From a virus (taxonomy: Duplodnaviria > Heunggongvirae > Uroviricota > Caudoviricetes), in the IMG/VR virus record IMGVR_UViG_3300037466_002980, positions 64,001 to 128,000 of that record: DNA of 64,000 nucleotides, one strand, 5' to 3'. The translations under genes were made by a program, and so were the position numbers. Of this stretch, positions 27,131-36,134 are shown one piece after another. The stretch's first letter is position 1. Each line of letters starts with the position of its first letter. Below the pieces are notes generated by a model, which did not search any database, was not told the origin of the DNA, and was given only the letters and a program-made list of their open reading frames with translations.

Positions 27131-28384
27131 TTATTTATCCTTTTTGTTTCTTCCTAGATGTTTGAATTCTGATTGTTTATTCAGTCCTTCACTTAATAGT
27201 AAGAATAGATCTTTTATTTCTTCGTTAGTGGTCTTTCTTCCAAACCAATTAGGTTTTTGCTTCGGCTGAATTTCATCAGCAAATTCATCTTGCATGAAAC
27301 TAATAATCTCACTCTGAAGATTATTTTTCTTAATATAATTTACAATTTTCATTACTGCTTCACTATTTCCAGGAGAAGCATAACCATTCTTATCAGCACC
27401 AAATACTTGTTGAAACACCTTGTTAATATCAGAATCTTCAAAAGAGAAACGCTTCTTTAAAATATATTCCAGATCACGTGTATCATCGGGATATCCAGCA
27501 TCTTTCCATGCTTGCATTAGATCTTCAAAGCTAACTTTCGGTGTCTTTTTCCAGAATGATGAAATTCCATTGTTTTTATATTCCGCTGCGGCCTTAAAAA
27601 CAGCCTTAGCATCTGCAGAAGTGACCTGCGATTCTTGAACAACTTCGTTTAACGCTCTCCAAAGTTGTTTCCTTTGTTCCGGAGTCATTACATCTCGAAT
27701 TGTTCTTTTTAATTTTCTAACGTCCTCTTCTTTTTTTAATTTTTCTTTCTCTGGATCAGCAGTTGGTTCCTTTTTAGGTTCCTGTTCGGGTTCTTGCTGA
27801 CTAGATAAAAGATTAAGAATTTCTTCAACATCTTTTTCGGATAATGTCGCACCCTGTTCGTCGGTGATCTCTTCTTTTAAATTTCGGCTTTTTAAATGAC
27901 CTGCCATTTGTGAAAACGCTTGCTTACCCATTTTCTTTTGGTTGGCAATTTCAGCACGACGTTGTCTTTTTCTTATAGCATCCGGTGTCTGAGATAATTC
28001 GTCTTCTTCAGAATCAGGTGCTTGTGTATTCTGTGTTGGTGCTGGCAATTGTGCCGGTGTAGGTGCAGATATTTGTTTTACATCTTGTGGATTAACATCT
28101 TTAGGTTCAACATCTTGAATATCATCTGTATTGTTTGTTTGTTGATTAGAAGTGGTAGATAATTCTGTAGAAGAACTTATTTTATTCTTCAATACTGTTT
28201 CAATTGCTGATGTTATTTTTTGTTCATCAAAATTAGTGGACGACCTTAGAAAGTGTAATAAATCTTCAACGCGCACTGGTCGTCGATAATCTAATTTTCC
28301 ACTTGGATCAGATTTCATGGAAACAATTTGACTATTCTTTAGATATTGTATCCAATTTTTAATAATTCTTTTATCAACTTGCAT
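27131..28384 (-). CDS. Hypothetical protein
   Basis: 417-aa ORF with low-complexity linkers. Confidence 0.7.
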   Translation of the reverse strand: MQVDKRIIKNWIQYLKNSQIVSMKSDPSGKLDYRRPVRVEDLLHFLRSSTNFDEQKITSAIETVLKNKISSSTELSTTSNQQTNNTDDIQDVEPKDVNPQDVKQISAPTPAQLPAPTQNTQAPDSEEDELSQTPDAIRKRQRRAEIANQKKMGKQAFSQMAGHLKSRNLKEEITDEQGATLSEKDVEEILNLLSSQQEPEQEPKKEPTADPEKEKLKKEEDVRKLKRTIRDVMTPEQRKQLWRALNEVVQESQVTSADAKAVFKAAAEYKNNGISSFWKKTPKVSFEDLMQAWKDAGYPDDTRDLEYILKKRFSFEDSDINKVFQQVFGADKNGYASPGNSEAVMKIVNYIKKNNLQSEIISFMQDEFADEIQPKQKPNWFGRKTTNEEIKDLFLLLSEGLNKQSEFKHLGRNKKDK

Positions 28385-28652
28385 CTAGATCGTCGTCCGG
28401 GCATCCATTTTTAATTCGATTTACCATCCTTGTAAATCTATTCGGATCTGAGCCGCGTATGCTGGACATAAATCTTTTCTTCAACGATTCAGCTTCTTCG
28501 GGAGAAAAGGTTTCGTCGATAGACTCCAATAAGTTTATCGCCGAAACAATTATATGCTGAGCTCTAGTTTCGATAAGATCTTCTTTACTTTTTTGTGGTA
28601 CATAAGAACTTATTTCTTCTAAAATAGATCTACTTCTACGATTTATAGACAA
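28374..28652 (-). CDS. Hypothetical late protein
   Basis: 92 aa; TTG start behind GGAG; late motif at 28677-28684. Confidence 0.7.
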   Translation of the reverse strand: MSINRRSRSILEEISSYVPQKSKEDLIETRAQHIIVSAINLLESIDETFSPEEAESLKKRFMSSIRGSDPNRFTRMVNRIKNGCPDDDLDAS

Positions 28653-28714
28653 TTTATGTCTCCAATTTATTTCAACTATTTATCAAGATTCATTGGAATT
28701 CAATTATAGTCATA

Positions 28715-30145
28715 TTATCGCTTCTTCAGGAAGGATCTTAATACGGCAGCTGATTCTAATGTGTTCGGTTTTTCTTTAATTCCGCCCATATTTGTAATTT
28801 CCCCAGAATCTGGGTCAATTTTTTCTCCTGCCTTAACCACACTCTTTTTCTTGAGTGCTTCATAGATATTTTTCGAAGTTGCCGTAACGGTATTATCATC
28901 GTCCTCTTCGAGATCATAAATTCTCAAACTCTTATTATTGAATGCTAAATCGATTTTTGATCCAACACCAGAACTTGAACGTGTTTTCATAAATTGTATT
29001 TGATAACGTCCACTTTCTTTCATAGCCGCACTGGTAAAAATACCAATTACGTTATCGGCTGTATTAACCTTCGAAATACCACCAGCAATGTGACTCGGAT
29101 CAAATTCAATTTCTTCATAAGATCCTCTGTTTAACTGTGAAGCCGAAACACATAATATATTCAGTTCAACTGCAAGATTTCGTAATTCTTCAGTAACATA
29201 TTTGTCCTTCACGAATAAATTTTCTGCTGATACTTTCCTTGAAATTGGGAACATTAAGTCAAGGTAATCAACAAGAATTGCATCAACTTTTTTTCCAGAA
29301 TGTATTTCGTATTCTTTAATAAATGCCCTAACATCATTAGAAGTGCATCCATTTGGTAATTGCTTAATTCTTAACGAACCATGACTCTTCTGTTGTGACG
29401 CCCTAATCTTCATATGAACGTCTTCGATGTTTTTCATAATTTCTCTTGTTTCATAACCAGTGTGCATTGCATCAATACGCATGGCACACAGTTTTTCACT
29501 AAGTTCTAATGATAGATACAAAACATTTAATCCAGCCGTTGCCCAATTTACTGCCAAATTTTGCAAAAATAATGACTTTCCTGCTCCAGACTGTCCAGCA
29601 AAAATAGTTATTTCGCCTCTGTTCAGTCCGCCAAAAAGTTTATCATCAACTGCTCTCCAATAGGTTGGTAATTGTCCTTTGTTTTCTTTCAATGCCTCTA
29701 ATCTAGATTTTGGATTTTCGTAATAATCTAATCCTAAATCTTTAACCAATGCAATCTGAACTGCTTCCTTGACTGCTGTTTCCACTTCTCCATAACGACC
29801 CTGGTCGAGTAATTCCGGAGATGCCAGGATAGCATCCCTTAAAGACTTATATCTACAGAATAATTCTATTTCTTTTAGAAACCATCTATCCTCCTTGGCT
29901 GCAATTTCTGGAATTAATTCTATATCTTTTCCTGTAATTGCCTTAATCTGATCTACAGAAGGCATTGCAGAATATTGTGTAAAATGTGAATTAATTATTT
30001 TCACAACTTCTCTGTTTTGATTATTATCAAAGAAACTGTCCTTTAATATTCCGGAACATCTAACAAATAATTCGTGATTACTCAACATAAATTGTAGAAA
30101 TAATGTTTCTACTTCGGGTGTATATTCTAAAATTTCACTTTGCAT
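28715..30145 (-). CDS. Replicative DnaB/gp41-like helicase
   Basis: Walker A AGQSGAGKS, YLSLEL, ILVDYLDLM, ASQLNR and KTRSS. Confidence 0.93.
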   Translation of the reverse strand: MQSEILEYTPEVETLFLQFMLSNHELFVRCSGILKDSFFDNNQNREVVKIINSHFTQYSAMPSVDQIKAITGKDIELIPEIAAKEDRWFLKEIELFCRYKSLRDAILASPELLDQGRYGEVETAVKEAVQIALVKDLGLDYYENPKSRLEALKENKGQLPTYWRAVDDKLFGGLNRGEITIFAGQSGAGKSLFLQNLAVNWATAGLNVLYLSLELSEKLCAMRIDAMHTGYETREIMKNIEDVHMKIRASQQKSHGSLRIKQLPNGCTSNDVRAFIKEYEIHSGKKVDAILVDYLDLMFPISRKVSAENLFVKDKYVTEELRNLAVELNILCVSASQLNRGSYEEIEFDPSHIAGGISKVNTADNVIGIFTSAAMKESGRYQIQFMKTRSSSGVGSKIDLAFNNKSLRIYDLEEDDDNTVTATSKNIYEALKKKSVVKAGEKIDPDSGEITNMGGIKEKPNTLESAAVLRSFLKKR

Positions 30146-31196
30146 ATTTTATTCTTCTCATTCGTTCGTGTTGTTCGATATCCCATTTAACTGTAATTTT
30201 TTCTTTTCCTGATATTCTTGATTGTATTATAGAATATAGAGTCAACAATTTTCCATATTTCTCAGACGCTTTTGCAGCATCCTTGATATCTCTTTCCCAG
30301 CGTGGAAAAGAAACAGCCCAATCATTTTCGATTGCAACTTTAACTAAATCCTCGCCTTTCTTATCTCTATCTGGACATACTATTATTTCTTTATTTAACT
30401 TATTAATAATATCGACCTTATTTTGACCGACTTCTCCAAGTACACTCACACCATCAGTTACCCACGCATCAAGAACACCTTCAGTTACAATAAGGTATTT
30501 ACGTGACCATTCTTGTTGATTATCAAGGTTATAAACAAAATCAGTCGGGCATTGTTGATAATATTTCGGTATAATCTTCTGATCAATATCGTATGAAAGT
30601 CTTGCCGTAAATCCAACTATATTATTTCGATATTTGTACGGAATAATAAGACGTTCATTTAAATGATTATCTGTTATTGGCGTCCAATAAAAATTTTCAA
30701 GATTATAAATTTTTCGCTGAAGTGCATAATTGACAACTTTCAGAAAATTCGGATCATCTAATCCGTGTTCTAACCATTGTTTTATTGATAGTGAATTTTC
30801 AGGTAATTCGATTCCTTCCCATCTTTGAAATAATGATCTTAATTTCGATTCTCTATCCTCTTCACCATCTTTAGTTATTCTAAGATTATTTCTTTCTCTA
30901 AAAATTTCGAATTCAATGTGTTTGATAAATTTTTCATCAATACCAAGATGTCTTAAGAAAAATTTAAATGAATCTGAAAGTTCCTTTCCTTCTGAATATC
31001 CAGCAGAAAATCCACAATTAAAACAATTAATTGCAATTGATTGTGGATTTAACTGGATACCTAATCGATTTCTTGTATCTTTTCCGTGGCCACGAGATGT
31101 ACATAAGAAACAGCACCTCTTCTGCCAATTCTTTGGTGCGGATTTAAGTGGTCCGATATTTTGAAGTATGGATTCTTTTAATAGATCTGTAATCAT
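30135..31196 (-). CDS. DNA primase (gp61-like)
   Basis: Zn ribbon CCFLC...NCFNC and TOPRIM VTEGVLDA, PDRDKKG, KDAA. Confidence 0.88.
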   Translation of the reverse strand: MITDLLKESILQNIGPLKSAPKNWQKRCCFLCTSRGHGKDTRNRLGIQLNPQSIAINCFNCGFSAGYSEGKELSDSFKFFLRHLGIDEKFIKHIEFEIFRERNNLRITKDGEEDRESKLRSLFQRWEGIELPENSLSIKQWLEHGLDDPNFLKVVNYALQRKIYNLENFYWTPITDNHLNERLIIPYKYRNNIVGFTARLSYDIDQKIIPKYYQQCPTDFVYNLDNQQEWSRKYLIVTEGVLDAWVTDGVSVLGEVGQNKVDIINKLNKEIIVCPDRDKKGEDLVKVAIENDWAVSFPRWERDIKDAAKASEKYGKLLTLYSIIQSRISGKEKITVKWDIEQHERMRRIKYAK

Positions 31197-31202
31197 AGAA
31201 TA

Positions 31203-31231
31203 ACTGTAACAGATTTTCGTCGAAAAATCAA
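31203..31231 (-). promoter_or_regulatory. sigma70-like promoter for primase, probably leaderless
   Basis: TTGATT-17 nt-TACAGT with extended -10 TG, 6 nt before the ATG. Confidence 0.55.
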
Positions 31232-31264
31232 CGTTTCTGTTGGGCAGTTATTTATACCTTTATC

Positions 31265-32137
31265 TTACATTCTAACAATAAGTTTATCTAATGTTCCGGG
31301 ATCTAACACAGCCTTAGATGGGAAATATCTAAATTTCAACCACATAAAATTTGCCTGGAATGTCCATGCCTGTGTACCAGTATAATTGATATACTGTATA
31401 TCGGTTGCTAACGATGATGGATAAATTTTAACCCATCGAGTGCTATTTAAATAGGCATCCGGAGTCTCTTCTAACGTTCCCCAGATTTCTAAAGTTCCAG
31501 TGAATCCCTGTGTATAAGTTGAAAAACTATGAACTGAATCTTTATGATTAAGAACTCTTGCACCCGGAATTCGTGGAGAATAAAAACAAGGTTGTGGAGC
31601 ACCCATTATAGGAACAATTAAATCTGGTGTCCAATCACCCGGAAGAAGTGTTATACCAACCGGTGGTTTAACCAGTCCCTGTTCGGTGATTTCAATTTGC
31701 ATTGTAATATTATCATTGTAATCAGTGAAGAGTGGTTTCTCGACATAGTACCCCGGTATATCAGATATAAATTCTTGCGTTCTAACCAATACCATCTGAT
31801 ACATACCGGCTGGTAAATCAATTATATCACCGGCATCAATCTTCAATTTCACAAGACCCTTAGCAGGTCCAAGATAACATAGTTTCTCGAACACAATATC
31901 TCTATTCTGCGTATCAACAATTCTAGCAAAAACCTGATATCCACATGCGACATCTACTGGATTTCTATCAGGTCCTAGAACTCTGAAAATTAATTCATTG
32001 TCTACACCTTTATGCGCCTTCAATGGTTGTAAATTATTCATTGGCCCTGTATCCTTACAAAGGCAAAGAGTATCACCAATAGCACGTAGTTCCCAAACAT
32101 GGTCATAGAGGTAAACTTTATTGATGTTAACATTCAT
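31265..32137 (-). CDS. Putative virion structural protein
   Basis: The late motif at 32158-32165 lies inside the track ORF, so the start was moved to ATG 32137. Confidence 0.6.
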   Translation of the reverse strand: MNVNINKVYLYDHVWELRAIGDTLCLCKDTGPMNNLQPLKAHKGVDNELIFRVLGPDRNPVDVACGYQVFARIVDTQNRDIVFEKLCYLGPAKGLVKLKIDAGDIIDLPAGMYQMVLVRTQEFISDIPGYYVEKPLFTDYNDNITMQIEITEQGLVKPPVGITLLPGDWTPDLIVPIMGAPQPCFYSPRIPGARVLNHKDSVHSFSTYTQGFTGTLEIWGTLEETPDAYLNSTRWVKIYPSSLATDIQYINYTGTQAWTFQANFMWLKFRYFPSKAVLDPGTLDKLIVRM

Positions 32138-32219
32138 TATCGATCCTGCCTTTTCAGTATTTATCACAAAGTAAACCAAAAAAATCCAATCTTCGATTGA
32201 ATTATAATAAATAAACCGT

Positions 32220-32591
32220 ATGATAAATTTAGAAGAAATACAAGAAAAATTTCCCTTTTTAACCGGAATACGGTGTCAAAATCAAGAATTTATTGGCATA
32301 ATTCAAAATTCTGATGAAAAAATCATCAGTTTCTATGATTACGAGTCAATAAAAACATCAGAGGAAAAAATTCTCTTTCTCCAACATGGCGAAACATGGT
32401 GGTGGGAAAGTAATAGATTATTACCTATTAATATATTTCTTCAAGGACAGATGTCGTCTTTTAGATATTGTCTAAAAACAATAATGAATAAAGATGTTGA
32501 AATTATGTTTGGTTCCGTTACCAGTTTAAATAACATAATGAAGAAACGAATCAAAAAGCGCCAAATTCAATTAATCAGAAAAGCAGATTAA
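32220..32591 (+). CDS. Hypothetical protein
   Basis: 123 aa; GETWWWESNR.LPINIFL; AATAAATA just upstream. Confidence 0.75.
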   Translation: MINLEEIQEKFPFLTGIRCQNQEFIGIIQNSDEKIISFYDYESIKTSEEKILFLQHGETWWWESNRLLPINIFLQGQMSSFRYCLKTIMNKDVEIMFGSVTSLNNIMKKRIKKRQIQLIRKAD

Positions 32592-33175
32592 TTTTCATTT
32601 CCCATTTTTTCCAATAGAAGATTCAGATTAACAAGAATTGCTAATGCATAGGCAAGTCCGTGACCACGTTTAAATTGGTAACTATCTGCTGAATTTTTTA
32701 CCCAAACTTCTTTACGTATTCTTTCCCAATTTTCTTTCTGTAAATAAGCCTTTGATGGGCGAATTATAGCTAAAATCATTGCTAGATCTTCTACCGACCT
32801 GGGTTTATATCTTATCAATAATTCACTATAACCGTTCAAATGAAATAGTTGATCTGTTATTTCAGGAAATTCAAAGAATTCCCAAGGTGGTTCACGCTTC
32901 AACAAATCTAATAAATGTTCTTCGTTCTTAATTCCTTCATAAAAATTGACATTAAGAAAATCTACTTTAAAATATCCCAATTCTCCGGCATCCTTATAAT
33001 CGATACTAGAGATATTTGTACTAGGATCTCTTGGAATATTCTGAAAATAAACACCCGTTGGATGTTTATCAAATTTTCCTTCATTCCTATCAATTCGTCC
33101 AAAAACGCAATCTAATCCCGATAATATTTCATCGCGATTGAAAACATCGATATCTACGTCAGTTTGAATTTTCAT
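32588..33175 (-). CDS. Minimal DNA polymerase III alpha (DnaE)-like catalytic-core protein
   Basis: TDVDID, KHPTGVY, GYFKVDFL, LAIIRP and YQFKRGHGLAYA correspond in order to DnaE motifs. Confidence 0.8.
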   Translation of the reverse strand: MKIQTDVDIDVFNRDEILSGLDCVFGRIDRNEGKFDKHPTGVYFQNIPRDPSTNISSIDYKDAGELGYFKVDFLNVNFYEGIKNEEHLLDLLKREPPWEFFEFPEITDQLFHLNGYSELLIRYKPRSVEDLAMILAIIRPSKAYLQKENWERIRKEVWVKNSADSYQFKRGHGLAYALAILVNLNLLLEKMGNEN

Positions 33176-33375
33176 TTCAATAATTTGTCAAATTTCAATT
33201 TGAAGAGTGAGGCTTCTGATTCATCAAAGAAAGTAAAAACATGATAACCAAATTGTTTTAAATTATCTTGATAGATACAATCTGTATTTTGATCCAGCCA
33301 TTCCTCAATCTCTTCTGGTAAATCTTTGCGACGATACCCCAATTTCCATACTGGATAACGAACAACAACTGTCAT
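33172..33375 (-). CDS. Small hypothetical protein (F-x-D-E family)
   Basis: FTFFDESEASLFKLKF. Confidence 0.65.
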   Translation of the reverse strand: MTVVVRYPVWKLGYRRKDLPEEIEEWLDQNTDCIYQDNLKQFGYHVFTFFDESEASLFKLKFDKLLK

Positions 33376-33677
33376 TTGTAATTTTTCTCTTGTTCTAAGC
33401 TATTTTCATGCAATATCATTTTTTCTAACTTCGATAATGTTTTTTCATGCATGCCAAAACGAAGAGTAAACATTGTTAGATCATTTTCATCTGCAAATTC
33501 GATACTTAAATTATCTTTTGATATTCGATAATTCTCTGGGTTCACACATTCATCTAACCAATTTTTATATACTTTCATTTCCTCTTCAGATGGTGCTATA
33601 TAATGCCGGGAAGAAAATGGATTCTGTCTAAAAGGAATTCTAATACAATATGGAAATATAAAATTCTTCTTTTTCAT
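33372..33677 (-). CDS. Small hypothetical protein (F-x-D-E family)
   Basis: IEFADENDLTMFTLRFG. Confidence 0.65.
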   Translation of the reverse strand: MKKKNFIFPYCIRIPFRQNPFSSRHYIAPSEEEMKVYKNWLDECVNPENYRISKDNLSIEFADENDLTMFTLRFGMHEKTLSKLEKMILHENSLEQEKNYK

Positions 33678-34366
33678 AATCCTGCCTGTTCCAATAGGTT
33701 CTTTATATATGTAACATCATCCTCGGATTTTTTAAATTTTCTCATCCAAAAACCGGGATCAATAATATTCTGTATCATCTTTGCATGATCATCGTTAAAT
33801 TTATTCATTAATAATTCACCAGTTGAACTTAAATACAATACCCACGGACTTATTTTTCCTGTGTTGATAAGATATGCTGCTTCATTCGGATTAATAATAT
33901 TAAAGAACTTCGAGAATTCACAATTATTTTCATTACACCAATTCATTATTTCAGTAATAGTTCGTTCTACCGCACTTTCGGCAGGTTCTTTTTTAATTAA
34001 ATCTTCGATATAATGTTGATATACAAAATCCTGTGTCCAATCCTTTAATTTGACACTATTCATAATAACAAAATCAATATATTTTTCCATATATACTGGT
34101 TTCAATAATGCAAGATAATTTCCAAATTTTACAAAATCAATATAATATGGACTATTAATAAATTCGTCAGCAGATTTTACCTTCTTGGACTTAGTTGTAA
34201 GATCATAGAAACGCTGAAAGGCTCTAAAACCGATTCTAGAACCTGTGGCATTTAAATCCATGTGTCTTCTTTTCTTAACACACATATGTTTAGAAAGAGT
34301 AGTTTCTTTCTGAAATTTAGTACCACAGAATTGACATTCATAATTCTGTTGCATTTTAGCCTTCAA
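33674..34366 (-). CDS. Zinc-finger-containing protein
   Basis: YECQFCGTKFQKETTLSKHMC. Confidence 0.7.
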   Translation of the reverse strand: MKAKMQQNYECQFCGTKFQKETTLSKHMCVKKRRHMDLNATGSRIGFRAFQRFYDLTTKSKKVKSADEFINSPYYIDFVKFGNYLALLKPVYMEKYIDFVIMNSVKLKDWTQDFVYQHYIEDLIKKEPAESAVERTITEIMNWCNENNCEFSKFFNIINPNEAAYLINTGKISPWVLYLSSTGELLMNKFNDDHAKMIQNIIDPGFWMRKFKKSEDDVTYIKNLLEQAGL

Positions 34367-34900
34367 TTATTTTTCCTTCTGAACCGAAAATAATTCTTTT
34401 ATACTCTTATCATCGAATCCGTTATCTTTAAAGAACTGTTTAAGTTCTTCATCGCTATTTAGTTGAAAAAATAGCTCTAGTTCTTCGTCTCGAAATGTTG
34501 GATAGAAATTAAGAATGGCTTCTTCTAGTTTATTTTTCTTTACGCCTTTACCAGGAGCAATCCATGGATGAAATTGTTTCCTCTTTGTTCCACAAAGTGC
34601 CAATAACTTCCATTGTAAATTTGGATGTTTAGAAATTAAATTGAAATTATGATTTACCAAATCATTTACCATTAATAAATGATGTTCGGGATCACTTTGA
34701 GAAGAACTCATAAACCTCATCAAAACCCATAGGCTTATTTCTTTCTTATGTTGTGGAGATAGATTTTCGTAAAAATCCATCTTCTTATAATCCATTGCAG
34801 GTAACTCCATTGCTAATGTCAACGAATTTTCTTTTTCAGAAGCGATTGTTTCTTCTTCTATATTTTCTTCAGGCAATAACCAATTTTCAAATGAGTCCAT
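34367..34900 (-). CDS. Hypothetical protein, possibly gp62-like clamp-loader small subunit
   Basis: MRFMSS...KHPNLQWKLL...QFHPWI; start moved to ATG 34900. Family call is tentative. Confidence 0.45.
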   Translation of the reverse strand: MDSFENWLLPEENIEEETIASEKENSLTLAMELPAMDYKKMDFYENLSPQHKKEISLWVLMRFMSSSQSDPEHHLLMVNDLVNHNFNLISKHPNLQWKLLALCGTKRKQFHPWIAPGKGVKKNKLEEAILNFYPTFRDEELELFFQLNSDEELKQFFKDNGFDDKSIKELFSVQKEK

Positions 34901-35249
34901 CTTTAGATACAAAATAATCGACACTAAATTCATAATCAAAATTATTATAATAATATTGTCGAACTGTTAACATGCCTACTATACACATTTCTTCAGTAAT
35001 AATGCAATACCTTTCACCGGGTTCCAGAACAAGTGTACTATTAAATCTAAAATCAATGTTCTTCTTACCGGCAACCCTAGTAACCAATGTGGGTGAATTT
35101 AATTCAATAACATCATAGGTAATATTAGGTACTCCAGAATATGTTAACCATCGGCCGTCGATTAATGTATAGTCGGGAAGTGGCCTAGGCAACCATGGAT
35201 GTTTAAGAGTTAGAAATACCTTATCTTCTTCTTCAAAAAATCCATTCAT
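34887..35249 (-). CDS. Hypothetical protein
   Basis: 120-aa coupled ORF. Confidence 0.6.
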   Translation of the reverse strand: MNGFFEEEDKVFLTLKHPWLPRPLPDYTLIDGRWLTYSGVPNITYDVIELNSPTLVTRVAGKKNIDFRFNSTLVLEPGERYCIITEEMCIVGMLTVRQYYYNNFDYEFSVDYFVSKDGLI

Positions 35250-35749
35250 TCGAATAATGCTCCAATATCGATTACATCAGGTAATTTATTGATTTCTTTC
35301 ACAAATAAGGCACAATTCGGATTTGGTTTATTCTCTAAGGGAACAACTAAGATATTTCCGTTCTTCAATTTCGGAAAATACCATTTAACTTCGGAATAAA
35401 CATTTGTAATATTAATTTCATGTGGCCTAGGAACCATATGTCTAAGTGGATTGAATACCATTGTATGAAATCCTCTATCATTTAAACTAGTCAGAGGCAT
35501 CACTTCTAAATCGCTATAATCTTCATCGCAGACCAATATAGACCAATCCAACGGCATCTGAATAGTATATTCCCCTATTTTCAACACAACCGCCGGTGCA
35601 TAAAAACTTTCTAAGAAAATCAACGGAATAAAGAAATAATCAGGATCTGATGGATCCGAATAATCCATTACACAATAACGAATATCATCTACCTCGTTCG
35701 GAATCTTATCTAGATTATACGCTACATTATCATTGGTTAATATGTTCAT
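35246..35749 (-). CDS. Hypothetical protein
   Basis: 167 aa; PDYFFIPLIFLESF and VKWYFPKLKNG; GAAAGGAAG RBS. Confidence 0.75.
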   Translation of the reverse strand: MNILTNDNVAYNLDKIPNEVDDIRYCVMDYSDPSDPDYFFIPLIFLESFYAPAVVLKIGEYTIQMPLDWSILVCDEDYSDLEVMPLTSLNDRGFHTMVFNPLRHMVPRPHEINITNVYSEVKWYFPKLKNGNILVVPLENKPNPNCALFVKEINKLPDVIDIGALFE

Positions 35750-36134
35750 GTCTTCCTTTCAACCATTTTGATTCTTCATCTTCTCTTATCAATTTGGTTT
35801 TTAATTTGTTAGTTTCTTTTTCATATCTTGCATAGATTCCTTCAGGGCTTCGTTGGCATTTTAATAGATAATCTACCAACATATTTTCGATACCATTATG
35901 TACTATTGCCATATATGAAAGTTGAGTTGCTGAATCACAATGTTCGTCGAAAGAAATTTCAATTAAATCATATTTCAGTTCCCATTTCTGTCTCGGATCG
36001 GTTACATACTGATAAGATGAAATATAAATCTCTTCTTTTAGTTTATTTGCATCAAGAAAAATATCGAGTAGACCAAGATTTTCTTGACTAGCCAATATAC
36101 CTGTTTGAATTACCTTACTATATTCTATTTCCAT
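35730..36134 (-). CDS. Hypothetical protein
   Basis: 134-aa ORF coupled to uvsW. Confidence 0.6.
   Translation of the reverse strand: MEIEYSKVIQTGILASQENLGLLDIFLDANKLKEEIYISSYQYVTDPRQKWELKYDLIEISFDEHCDSATQLSYMAIVHNGIENMLVDYLLKCQRSPEGIYARYEKETNKLKTKLIREDEESKWLKGRHEHINQ

Noticed and set aside
32588-33175. dnaE pseudogene
   Set aside because: Motifs from distant parts of DnaE are joined in one clean ORF, with no flanking remnants or frameshifts.
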